Assembly (NCBI GenBank): GCA_965203515.1
Contig: OZ241907.1
Span: forward strand, 384,001 to 448,000
Direction: 5' to 3'
Source: Spirochaetia bacterium
Lineage (GTDB): Bacteria > Spirochaetota > Spirochaetia > SZUA-6 > Bin103
DNA: 64,000 nt
A program made the position numbers and the translations under genes. Shown here in pieces: positions 56,452 through 64,000 of the stretch. The first letter of the stretch is position 1; every line of letters starts with the position of its first letter. A model generated the notes under the pieces. That model worked only from the letters and a program-made list of their open reading frames with translations. It ran no database searches and was not told where the DNA came from.

Positions 56452-58407
56452 ATGGCAGCGACCGCCCGTCCCCGCCGGCATGACGACGATCGCGGCATCT
56501 ACGGTCTGCCCGGCGACGTGTCGCCCTGGGACGTCCGCTTCGACCCGCGCGACCGGGCGTTCGTGGATCGGGAGCCGGATGGACGGTTCCGCCTGCGCGT
56601 GTGGACCGAGCCGGCGCTGGCGGACGCCCGCCTGGTGGTGCGGTCGGGCCGACAAATCGAGTCGTACCCAATGACCGCGGTCGCGGCGAGCGGGCGCTTC
56701 ACCTTCTGGGAGGCGGTCGCCGGGCCGTTCGACGCAGGCACCGAGTACTCTTTCGCGTTTCGCGCCGGCGGCGGACGAGGGCAGAGTGGTCGAGGACAGG
56801 GAGTCTATCTGTCGCCGGCGGGCATCACCGTCGCCATCGAGCGGCTCGACCGCTGGCGGTTCCCGGATTCGGCGGAGGAGCTGGCGCCGCTCGCGGTGCC
56901 CGCCTGGGCGCGCGGCGCGGTGATCTACCAGATATTTCCCGACCGTTTCGCCAACGCTGATCGGTCGGTCGATCCGCCGGACGTGCGGCCGTGGGGAACG
57001 GCGCCGCAGGCGCGCGGCTTCTGGGGCGGCGACCTGGCCGGCATCGCCGCTCGCCTGGATTATCTGACGCGGCTGGGCGTCGAGGCGATCTACCTCACGC
57101 CGATCTTCGCCTCGCCCTCCAACCACCGCTACGACACGGTCGACTACCTGACCGTCGACCCGCTGCTCGGCGGCAACGACGCGCTGCGCGAGATGGTCGA
57201 CGCGGCGCATGAGGCGGGCATGCGGGTGGTGCTGGACGTCTCGATCAACCACGTCCATCCGCGCTTCTTCGCCTTCGCCGACGTGGTGCGGAACGGGAGC
57301 CGATCGGAGTTTCGCGACTGGTTCGTGATCGAGGAGTGGCCGCTGCGCATCCGCTACCGCCCGCACGTGCCGGCGCACCGGAGCCTGGCCGAGTGGCTGC
57401 CGGTGTGGCGGCGGGAGACCGGGCTGCCGATCGAGGAGGCGGCCGACGCCGGCCCGGCGGTGGAGCCGACCTACGAGGCATGGTACGGCGTGCCGACCAT
57501 GCCGCGCGTGAACCTGGCCAATCCGCAGGCGCGCTCCTACCTGCTGCAGGCGCTCACCGGCTGGATACGGGACTACGGGATCGACGGCTGGCGGCTGGAC
57601 GTGGCGCGCTACGTCGACCCGGACGTGTGGCGCGACCTGCGGCCGATGGTGCGGGCGGTCAAGCCGGACGCCTATCTGCTCGGCGAGGTGATGGGCGACG
57701 CGGCCGTCTGGCTGCAGGGCGATGCGTTCGATGCGTCGATGAACTATCCGCTACGCGAGCTGGCGGTGCGGTTCTTCGCGACCGGAGCGATCGACGGCCG
57801 GCAGTTGGCGGACGGTCTGGCGCGGCTGTGGGCCGGCTGCGCGTGGCCGGTCGCGCAGGCCGCGCACAATCTGATCGGCAGCCACGACACGCCGCGCTTC
57901 CTCACCCTGGCCGGCGGGGAGGTCTGGCGCCTGCGGCTGGCGGTAGTGCTGCAGATGACCTTTCCCGGCGCTCCGGGCCTCTACTACGGGGACGAGGTGG
58001 GGATGACCGGGGGCGGCGACCCCGGCTGCCGCGGGACGTTCCCGTGGCCGGGCGAAGGTCAGGTCGACGCCGGCGCGCCGGACCCCGAGCGGCACCCGCT
58101 GTTCCGCACCGCGGCGGAGCTGGCGGCGTTGCGCCGCGCGGAGCCGGCCCTGCGCACCGGCGAGTGGCGCGCCGGCGAGGCGCGCGGCTCGCTGGTGACG
58201 TTCGAGCGCCGGCTCGGCCGGCGCCGGCTGTTGGTGGCGATCAACCGCGGGCGCACGGCCGCGGTGGTGGAGCTGGGCAGCGCGCGGGCGCGGCTGCTCT
58301 GGGGCGGCGGCGAGGCCTGTGGCGGCGGCGAGGCCTGGAGCGGCGGCGAGGCCTGCGGCGGCCGCCTGCGCGTGGCCGGGAGGGCCGCCGCCATCGTGCG
58401 CCTGTGA
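56452..58407 (+). CDS. GH13 alpha-amylase/neopullulanase-like glycosidase
   Basis: YQIFPDRF, NHRYDTVDY, DVSINH, GWRLDVA, GEV and SHDTPR. RBS AGGAGG. Confidence 0.9.
   Translation: MAATARPRRHDDDRGIYGLPGDVSPWDVRFDPRDRAFVDREPDGRFRLRVWTEPALADARLVVRSGRQIESYPMTAVAASGRFTFWEAVAGPFDAGTEYSFAFRAGGGRGQSGRGQGVYLSPAGITVAIERLDRWRFPDSAEELAPLAVPAWARGAVIYQIFPDRFANADRSVDPPDVRPWGTAPQARGFWGGDLAGIAARLDYLTRLGVEAIYLTPIFASPSNHRYDTVDYLTVDPLLGGNDALREMVDAAHEAGMRVVLDVSINHVHPRFFAFADVVRNGSRSEFRDWFVIEEWPLRIRYRPHVPAHRSLAEWLPVWRRETGLPIEEAADAGPAVEPTYEAWYGVPTMPRVNLANPQARSYLLQALTGWIRDYGIDGWRLDVARYVDPDVWRDLRPMVRAVKPDAYLLGEVMGDAAVWLQGDAFDASMNYPLRELAVRFFATGAIDGRQLADGLARLWAGCAWPVAQAAHNLIGSHDTPRFLTLAGGEVWRLRLAVVLQMTFPGAPGLYYGDEVGMTGGGDPGCRGTFPWPGEGQVDAGAPDPERHPLFRTAAELAALRRAEPALRTGEWRAGEARGSLVTFERRLGRRRLLVAINRGRTAAVVELGSARARLLWGGGEACGGGEAWSGGEACGGRLRVAGRAAAIVRL
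58303..58356 (+). repeat. 18-bp tandem repeat x3 (GGGEAC) in the GH13 C-terminus
   Basis: ggcggcggcgaggcctgt / ggcggcggcgaggcctgg / agcggcggcgaggcctgc. Confidence 0.85.
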
Positions 58408-61367
58408 CCGGGCGGCCGGCTCTGGCGGCCGCGGCGGTCGCCTGGGCGGCGCTGCTGCCGGCTGCCGCCCACGCCGAAGCGGGGGCGAGCGATCCCGGCT
58501 TCTACCTGATGCTCATGTGGCATCAGCATCAGCCGCTCTATCCCAAGGACGCGGCCGGCGTCTATTCGCGGCCGTGGGTGCGCGTGCACGCCGCCAAGGA
58601 CTACTACGACATGGCGGCCCTGGTGGACGAGCACCCCGGCGTGCAGGTCGTGTTCAATCTCACGCCGGCGCTGCTGCTGCAGCTCGACGACCTTGCGGCC
58701 GGCGCCAGGGACCGCTACCGGGTAGCCGCGGAGATACCCGCCGCACGGCTCACCGCGGACGACAAGCGGTTCCTGTTGGAGCGCTTCTTCGACGTCAACC
58801 CCAAGGTGATCGACCGCTTTCCGCGCTACCGGGAACTGGCCGACGATCGAGGCGACCGCGGCATCGACGCCGCGCTGGAAGCGTGGCCGGCGCAACGCTT
58901 CCGCGATCTGCAGGTGCTGTTCAACCTCGCATGGACCGATCCGGACTTCTTGGCCGACGCGCCGCTGGCGGCGTTGGTGGAGCGTGGCCGGGATTACGTC
59001 GAGGAGGACAAGGCGGTCGTGCTGGCCGAGCACCGGCGCATCGTCGGCGAAGTGATCCCCTTGCATCGGCGTCTGTGGGAGGCCGGCCGAATCGAGGTGA
59101 CCACCACGCCGCTTGCCCATCCCATCCTGCCGCTGATCGCCGATACCGACTTGGGGGCGGCCGGCGACCCGGCGGCGCGGCGGCCGGAGCATCGCTACCG
59201 GGAGATCGTCGACGCGGACCAGCAGGTGATTCGCGGCCTTGACGTGGCCGAACGTCTGCTCGGGCGGCGCCCGGCGGGGATGTGGCCCGGCGAGGGCGCG
59301 GTCGCGCAGCTCGTGATGTCCCTGTTCTCCAAGAACGGCGTGCGCTGGGTGGCGACCGGAGAGGACGTGCTGGCGCGAAGCCTGGGCTTCTCGATCACGC
59401 GCGACCGCAGGGACACGGTCGAGCAGAGCGAGCTGTTCCGTCCGTGGCAGGCGCGGCTGCGGCGCAACCCGCCGGTGCCGATCTTCTTTCGCGACGTGCG
59501 CCTGTCCGATCTGATCGGCTTCGAGTATTCCGGCATGCCGGGCGAGGCGGCTGCGGCCGACTTCATGGACCGCCTGCGAAACATCCGCAACCGTCTGGAA
59601 GCGGAGGGACGGCTCGGCGGCGAGCGGCCTCCCGTAGTGTCGGTGATCCTGGACGGCGAGAACGCATGGGAGCACTACGCCAACGACGGCAAGGGGTTTC
59701 TGCGCGCCCTCTACCGGCGTCTTGCGGCGGCCGACTGGGTCGCGACGATCACGCCGTCGCAGTACCTGGAACGGTTCGCGGAGCCGGAGCCGCTGCCGGA
59801 GGTCTTTCCCGGCTCCTGGTTCCAGCCCAACTTCGCCACCTGGTTCGGCGAGGAGGAGGAGGCGCTGGCGTGGGACTATCTGTGGCGCGTGCGCGACGAC
59901 CTGCGCCGCGCGGAGCGGTCGGGCGCGGTCGCCGCGGAGGCGCTGGCCGCCGCGTATGAGAGCATGCTGTTCGCCGAGGGATCGGACTGGTTCTGGTGGT
60001 TCGGCGCCGACCAGGAGTCGGGCGACGACGCCTACTTCGACCGCGCGTTCCGCGAGCTGCTGGGGCAGGTGTACGACGCCCTGGGGAGCGAACGGCCGCC
60101 GTTCCTGCGCGTGCCGATCATTCCGGCGCCCGCGGTCCCGGTGCTCCGACAGCCGGAGGAGCCGGCGGCGGTGACGGTCGACGGCGACCTTGGCGAGTGG
60201 TCGGCTGCCGCGCGCAGCGGAGTCGCGTTCGCAGCGCCGCGCGGGAGGCTGCGGTTCGCGTTCGATGCGGCGAGCCTCTACCTGGTGATCGACGGGCCGG
60301 CGAGCGGCGAAGCGGTCGATCTCTATCTGGCCGGAACCGGCGCTGCGGTGGGGCTGACGCTCGACGGCCGGGTGCTCGGCTTCCGAGCCACCCACGTGGC
60401 GCGCGCCGATGGGCGGGGCGCGGCGTGCCTGGCGGCCCTCGCCGCCCCGGAGACGTGCCGGCCGCTGGCCGCCGCCGGCTCGGATCAGGGCGTGGAGCTG
60501 CAGATCCCGTTTGCACTCCTGGGCGCCATGGAGTCCGGTGATCTGATCGGGATGGCCGCCGAGCTGCCGGAGGCGGGCGCGGCGCTCGGCGGCGGCCGCC
60601 GTGCGCTGCAGGTGCCGGACATCTCGGCGATGACGGTGCTGATCGACGTGGAAGATCCGGCCGGAGACGACCACGGCCCCGGTACCTACGCCTATCCCCT
60701 CGACGAGGTGTTCGTGCCCGGCAGCTACGATCTGCGCCGCTTTCAGGTCGGCATCGATGCGGAGCATCTGATCTTCGCGTTCGAGGTCGGCGCGCCGATC
60801 GCCAATCCCTGGGGATCGCCGCGCGGGTTGTCGGTGCAGACCTTCGACGTGTACGTCGACACCGATCCGCGAGCCGAAGCCGGAGCGCGCTTGCTGCTGC
60901 CGGGCCGCAACGCCGCGCTGCAGGGACGGCGCGGCTGGGAGTACGCGGTCACCGTCGAGGGTTGGGATTCCGCGTTCTACGCGGCCGACCGGGACGGCAT
61001 GGTGGCGGAGCGCGACCCGTCGTTCGATCTGGTGGTGTTCCCCGCCAAGGGCAGGGTGGTGGTCCGGCTCGCTCGGGAGCTGTTCCCGGAAGGCGATCCG
61101 GCGGGGTGGGGGTACGCCGCCGCGTTGATGTCGCAGGAGGGGTTCCCGTCCGCCGGCGTGCGGCGCGTCCGCGACGTCGAGCCGGCGGCCGAACGCTGGC
61201 GGATCGGCGGCGCTCCCACGGCGGTCAACCGGACTCGTATCATCGACGCGGCGTGGCCTCGGAGCGGCGTGCAGGAGGAACTGCTGTCGACCTATCGGGC
61301 GGCCGACTCGATCGACGGCCTGACGGCGGACGACTTCGGCCGTATTCCTCTGTTGATCGCGGACTGA
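58404..61367 (+). CDS. Secreted GH57 amylopullulanase with a C-terminal glucodextranase/DOMON-like domain
   Basis: Signal peptide (...PAAAHA), HQHQP, WPGEG, ILDGENAWE and AEGSDWFWW, then DP.GDDHGPG.Y.YP and NPWG.P.G.S.Q. Confidence 0.88.
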   Translation: MTGRPALAAAAVAWAALLPAAAHAEAGASDPGFYLMLMWHQHQPLYPKDAAGVYSRPWVRVHAAKDYYDMAALVDEHPGVQVVFNLTPALLLQLDDLAAGARDRYRVAAEIPAARLTADDKRFLLERFFDVNPKVIDRFPRYRELADDRGDRGIDAALEAWPAQRFRDLQVLFNLAWTDPDFLADAPLAALVERGRDYVEEDKAVVLAEHRRIVGEVIPLHRRLWEAGRIEVTTTPLAHPILPLIADTDLGAAGDPAARRPEHRYREIVDADQQVIRGLDVAERLLGRRPAGMWPGEGAVAQLVMSLFSKNGVRWVATGEDVLARSLGFSITRDRRDTVEQSELFRPWQARLRRNPPVPIFFRDVRLSDLIGFEYSGMPGEAAAADFMDRLRNIRNRLEAEGRLGGERPPVVSVILDGENAWEHYANDGKGFLRALYRRLAAADWVATITPSQYLERFAEPEPLPEVFPGSWFQPNFATWFGEEEEALAWDYLWRVRDDLRRAERSGAVAAEALAAAYESMLFAEGSDWFWWFGADQESGDDAYFDRAFRELLGQVYDALGSERPPFLRVPIIPAPAVPVLRQPEEPAAVTVDGDLGEWSAAARSGVAFAAPRGRLRFAFDAASLYLVIDGPASGEAVDLYLAGTGAAVGLTLDGRVLGFRATHVARADGRGAACLAALAAPETCRPLAAAGSDQGVELQIPFALLGAMESGDLIGMAAELPEAGAALGGGRRALQVPDISAMTVLIDVEDPAGDDHGPGTYAYPLDEVFVPGSYDLRRFQVGIDAEHLIFAFEVGAPIANPWGSPRGLSVQTFDVYVDTDPRAEAGARLLLPGRNAALQGRRGWEYAVTVEGWDSAFYAADRDGMVAERDPSFDLVVFPAKGRVVVRLARELFPEGDPAGWGYAAALMSQEGFPSAGVRRVRDVEPAAERWRIGGAPTAVNRTRIIDAAWPRSGVQEELLSTYRAADSIDGLTADDFGRIPLLIAD

Positions 61368-61443
61368 CAGCCCGCGGCCGCATCACCGCGCGGGAACGCG
61401 CGTGATCGACGGTTCGCGCTATGATCTCGCCCAGGGAGGCACG

Positions 61444-62503
61444 ATGAGCGACTTGGCATTTACCGACACGCACGTTCACTTCTACGACCTGCGCGATCCT
61501 GCCCTGCACTACTCGTGGCTGGTGCCGGGAGCGACCGAGGAGGACGACGAAACCGGCAACCGCGACGCGCTCAAGGCGGTTCGCTACTGGGCGGACGACT
61601 TCATCGCCGAGTCGCGGCTGGCCGGCACGACCAAGGCCGTGCACGTGCAGGCGGCGATCGGCATCAAGGACCCGGTGGAGCGACCCCGAACCGGCCGCTG
61701 GAGCGACCGAGGAGGACGACGAAACCGGCAACCGCGACGCGCTCAAGGCGGTTCGCTACTGGGCGGACGACTTCATCGCCGAGTCGCGGCTGGCCGGCAC
61801 GACCAAGGCCGTGCACGTGCAGGCGGCGATCGGCATCAAGGACCCGGTGGAGGAGACCCGTTTCGTGCAGGGGTTCGCCGACCGCCTGGGATTTCCGCTG
61901 ACCATCGTCGCCTTCGCCGATCTGACGGCCGGCGACGCGGAGCGCGTGATCGATCGGCACCTGGAGTATCCGGGCGTATGCGGCATCCGGGACTTGCGCT
62001 ACGACGACTACCTGACCGATCCCCGCTGGGAGCGCGGTTACGCGCTGCTGGAACGGCACGGCCTGGTCTGCTGCGACGACCCGCTGGTGCCGGTCATGAG
62101 CGACGCGGTGGCGTTGGTGAAGCGCTACCCCGGCATCACCTACTGCATCGACCACGCCGGCTTTCCGCGGCGCCGCGATGCCGACTACTTCGAGGCGTGG
62201 AAGCGCGGCATGCGCTCGCTGGCCGCCCTCGACCACACTGTGGTCAAGATCTCCGGGCTGGGAATGTGCGACCACCGGTGGACGGTCGATTCGATCCGAC
62301 CCTGGGTCCTGGAGTGCATCGACGCCTGGGGCGTGGAGCGCTCGTTCTTCGGCACCAACTGGCCGGTGGACCGGCTGTTCTCGTCCTATACCGATGTCGT
62401 CCAGGCGTACCGACGAATCATCGCCGACTTCAGCCGCGACGAGCAGACGGCGCTGTTCTCCGGCAACGCCGACCGTATCTTCCGGCTGAACCCGGCGGCG
62501 TGA
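61444..62503 (+). pseudogene. Amidohydrolase_2 family protein disrupted by a 172-nt duplication/insertion
   Basis: The N-terminal DTHVH is in one frame; DHAG, VKISG and FGTNWP are in another. 153-bp direct repeats at 61528-61680 and 61700-61852. Confidence 0.8.
61528..61852 (+). repeat. 153-bp direct repeat x2 separated by 19 nt
   Basis: Both copies run from ggagcgaccgaggaggacgac to gacccggtggag and appear identical by eye. Confidence 0.9.
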
Positions 62504-62513
62504 CGGCCGGCCG

Positions 62514-63860
62514 TCAACGCGCGAGCCGGGCGGACAGGCGCCGTTCCAGGTCGGCGCCCGGGGTGAAGTGCCACCGATTTCCGATCTTGCGCGCCTCCAA
62601 CAACCCTATATCGGCCAGTTCGAGCAGGTCGGTGCGGGCCGTCTGATAGACGACGTTGTGGCTCCTCCGGTGCCCTTCGATGGTGTACCGGCAGGTCGGA
62701 TGCCGCAGGGCATGGCCCAGGAGCGCGCGCTGACGGTGGTTGAGTTCGGCAACGCCTTGCAGTACCGATTCCAGATGCTGTCGTTGCGCGGTCTTGCGCG
62801 CTATGTACGCATGCAGCGCCCGGAGCGCACGGTCGAGGACGTCCAGGTGATAGCCGATGAAGTAGGTAAGGTCGTTGTCGTCGGTCTCGGTATGGAGGAA
62901 CGCCCGGCCATAGCGCGCCGGGGCGCTGCGGATGACGTGAGAGATCGTCAGGAACTCGACGAGCCAGTACCTTCGTCTCAGCATCGACCAGTAGAACAAG
63001 GCGCGTGCGGTGCGCCCGTTGCCGTCGACGAACGGATGGTCGTAGGCGATCCGGAAGTGGAGGATGATCGAGCGGAGCACGGGGTGGAGAAACGTTCCCG
63101 TGCTACCACCTTCCGCGTTCGCGAACCGGCACGTCGTGTCCAGCCGGGCGGGGAGTTCGCCGGCCGGCGGAGGCGTGTGCAACACGGTACCGTCGCGAGC
63201 GTCGACCACGTGGATCTTCTCGTCGGGCTTGCGCAGTCGCCCGGCGGCGGTCGCGTCGTCCAACGTGCCGGACGTCACCGAGCGGTGGACGTGGAAGAGG
63301 AGGTCGCGCGACAGCGGCTCGTCCTTGAGGCTGCGGATCGCCTGCATGGTCCGGTAGTTGTTGTAGATCATCCGTTCGCTTCGGTCTGCCGGCCGGCGGC
63401 CCGAGCGGATCATCTCCTGGGCCACCCTGCGGGTGGTCGATGCGCCTTCCAACTGGCTGGAGGTGATCGCTTCTTCGATCAGGGAGGAGACGTAGTACTG
63501 ATCCCGCGTTTCCGGATTGGTGATCTGCGCCGGCATGCCGACGCTGCCGCCGGCTCCCAGGTCGAGCCGATGCAGGAGCTCCTGGATCGGCGCGGTCAGG
63601 CTGTAGCGAAAGGGAACGCCCATGCTATCGTGCAGAGGAATCACCTGCGCGGAAACCGATCGCTGGATCTTCTCGGCCACCCACCACTCGTCGTGAGTCA
63701 AGCCGTCCGGCGCCGGGCGGTGACGCAGCTCGTCCCAGTGCAGATACCGGTCGGCCGGATTGCCCGCGGCCCGGGTCAGGACCTCGGTCAGCCGCGCCGG
63801 ATCGGCGTTGATCCTCCGGATCAGGGTTCCCAGGTCGGGCGGTCTCCGCGGCATTCTCAC
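62514..63860 (-). CDS. Fic family protein with a C-terminal HTH
   Basis: YLHWDEL, EEAITSSQLEGA (inhibitory motif), HPFVDGNGRTAR and V.YQTARTDL..L. Confidence 0.9.
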   Translation of the reverse strand: MRMPRRPPDLGTLIRRINADPARLTEVLTRAAGNPADRYLHWDELRHRPAPDGLTHDEWWVAEKIQRSVSAQVIPLHDSMGVPFRYSLTAPIQELLHRLDLGAGGSVGMPAQITNPETRDQYYVSSLIEEAITSSQLEGASTTRRVAQEMIRSGRRPADRSERMIYNNYRTMQAIRSLKDEPLSRDLLFHVHRSVTSGTLDDATAAGRLRKPDEKIHVVDARDGTVLHTPPPAGELPARLDTTCRFANAEGGSTGTFLHPVLRSIILHFRIAYDHPFVDGNGRTARALFYWSMLRRRYWLVEFLTISHVIRSAPARYGRAFLHTETDDNDLTYFIGYHLDVLDRALRALHAYIARKTAQRQHLESVLQGVAELNHRQRALLGHALRHPTCRYTIEGHRRSHNVVYQTARTDLLELADIGLLEARKIGNRWHFTPGADLERRLSARLAR

Positions 63861-63879
63861 GAGCGGCGCTCGATCATGG

Positions 63880-63926
63880 TTGACAACACCATTGACAACA
63901 CTTTACTAACGAACGTCAAATTAGTA
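63880..63926. promoter_or_regulatory. Direct and inverted repeats upstream of the fic gene
   Basis: ttgacaacac occurs twice (63880-63889, 63892-63901), followed by the inverted repeat tactaa...ttagta. Confidence 0.4.
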
Positions 63927-64000
63927 GAGTACGCGCGTCTGCGGAGAACGGTCCCCTGACCTGCGCGGCAGCATGTCGTACACTGCGCTCATGTCCACGA

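Overview
This 64 kb window is high-GC bacterial chromosome. The autotransporter-like gene, the sugar, sulfate and phytanoyl-CoA-dioxygenase-type catabolic genes, the Rpn and Fic genes and the 'WGAAASE' solute-binding-protein N-terminus resemble host-associated Spirochaetota or sponge-symbiont genomes; that assignment is inference only. The centrepiece is a ~21 kb type 2 BREX/Pgl phage-defence island (27074-47890). It runs pglW, a truncated DUF1828-like gene, pglX, a second large N6-adenine methyltransferase, a small PD-(D/E)xK protein, a GmrSD-like DUF262/DUF1524 nuclease, an inverted Rpn gene with an internal SD+ATG for a small antitoxin, then pglY and pglZ. No brxD or brxHI follows pglZ. The flanks carry carbohydrate catabolism and ABC-transport clusters (sulfatase, BNR-repeat protein, putative glycoside hydrolases, malEFG-GH13-GH57), GNATs and an M14 peptidase. 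Scattered accessory genes include two Fic proteins, a HigBA-like TA pair split by a decayed gyrB-like fragment, an adenine MTase with a frameshifted cognate endonuclease, and an AAA+ ATPase. An amidohydrolase is disrupted by a 153-bp duplication. No rRNA, tRNA or CRISPR array was recognised. All annotations come from motif recognition by eye; no searches were run.
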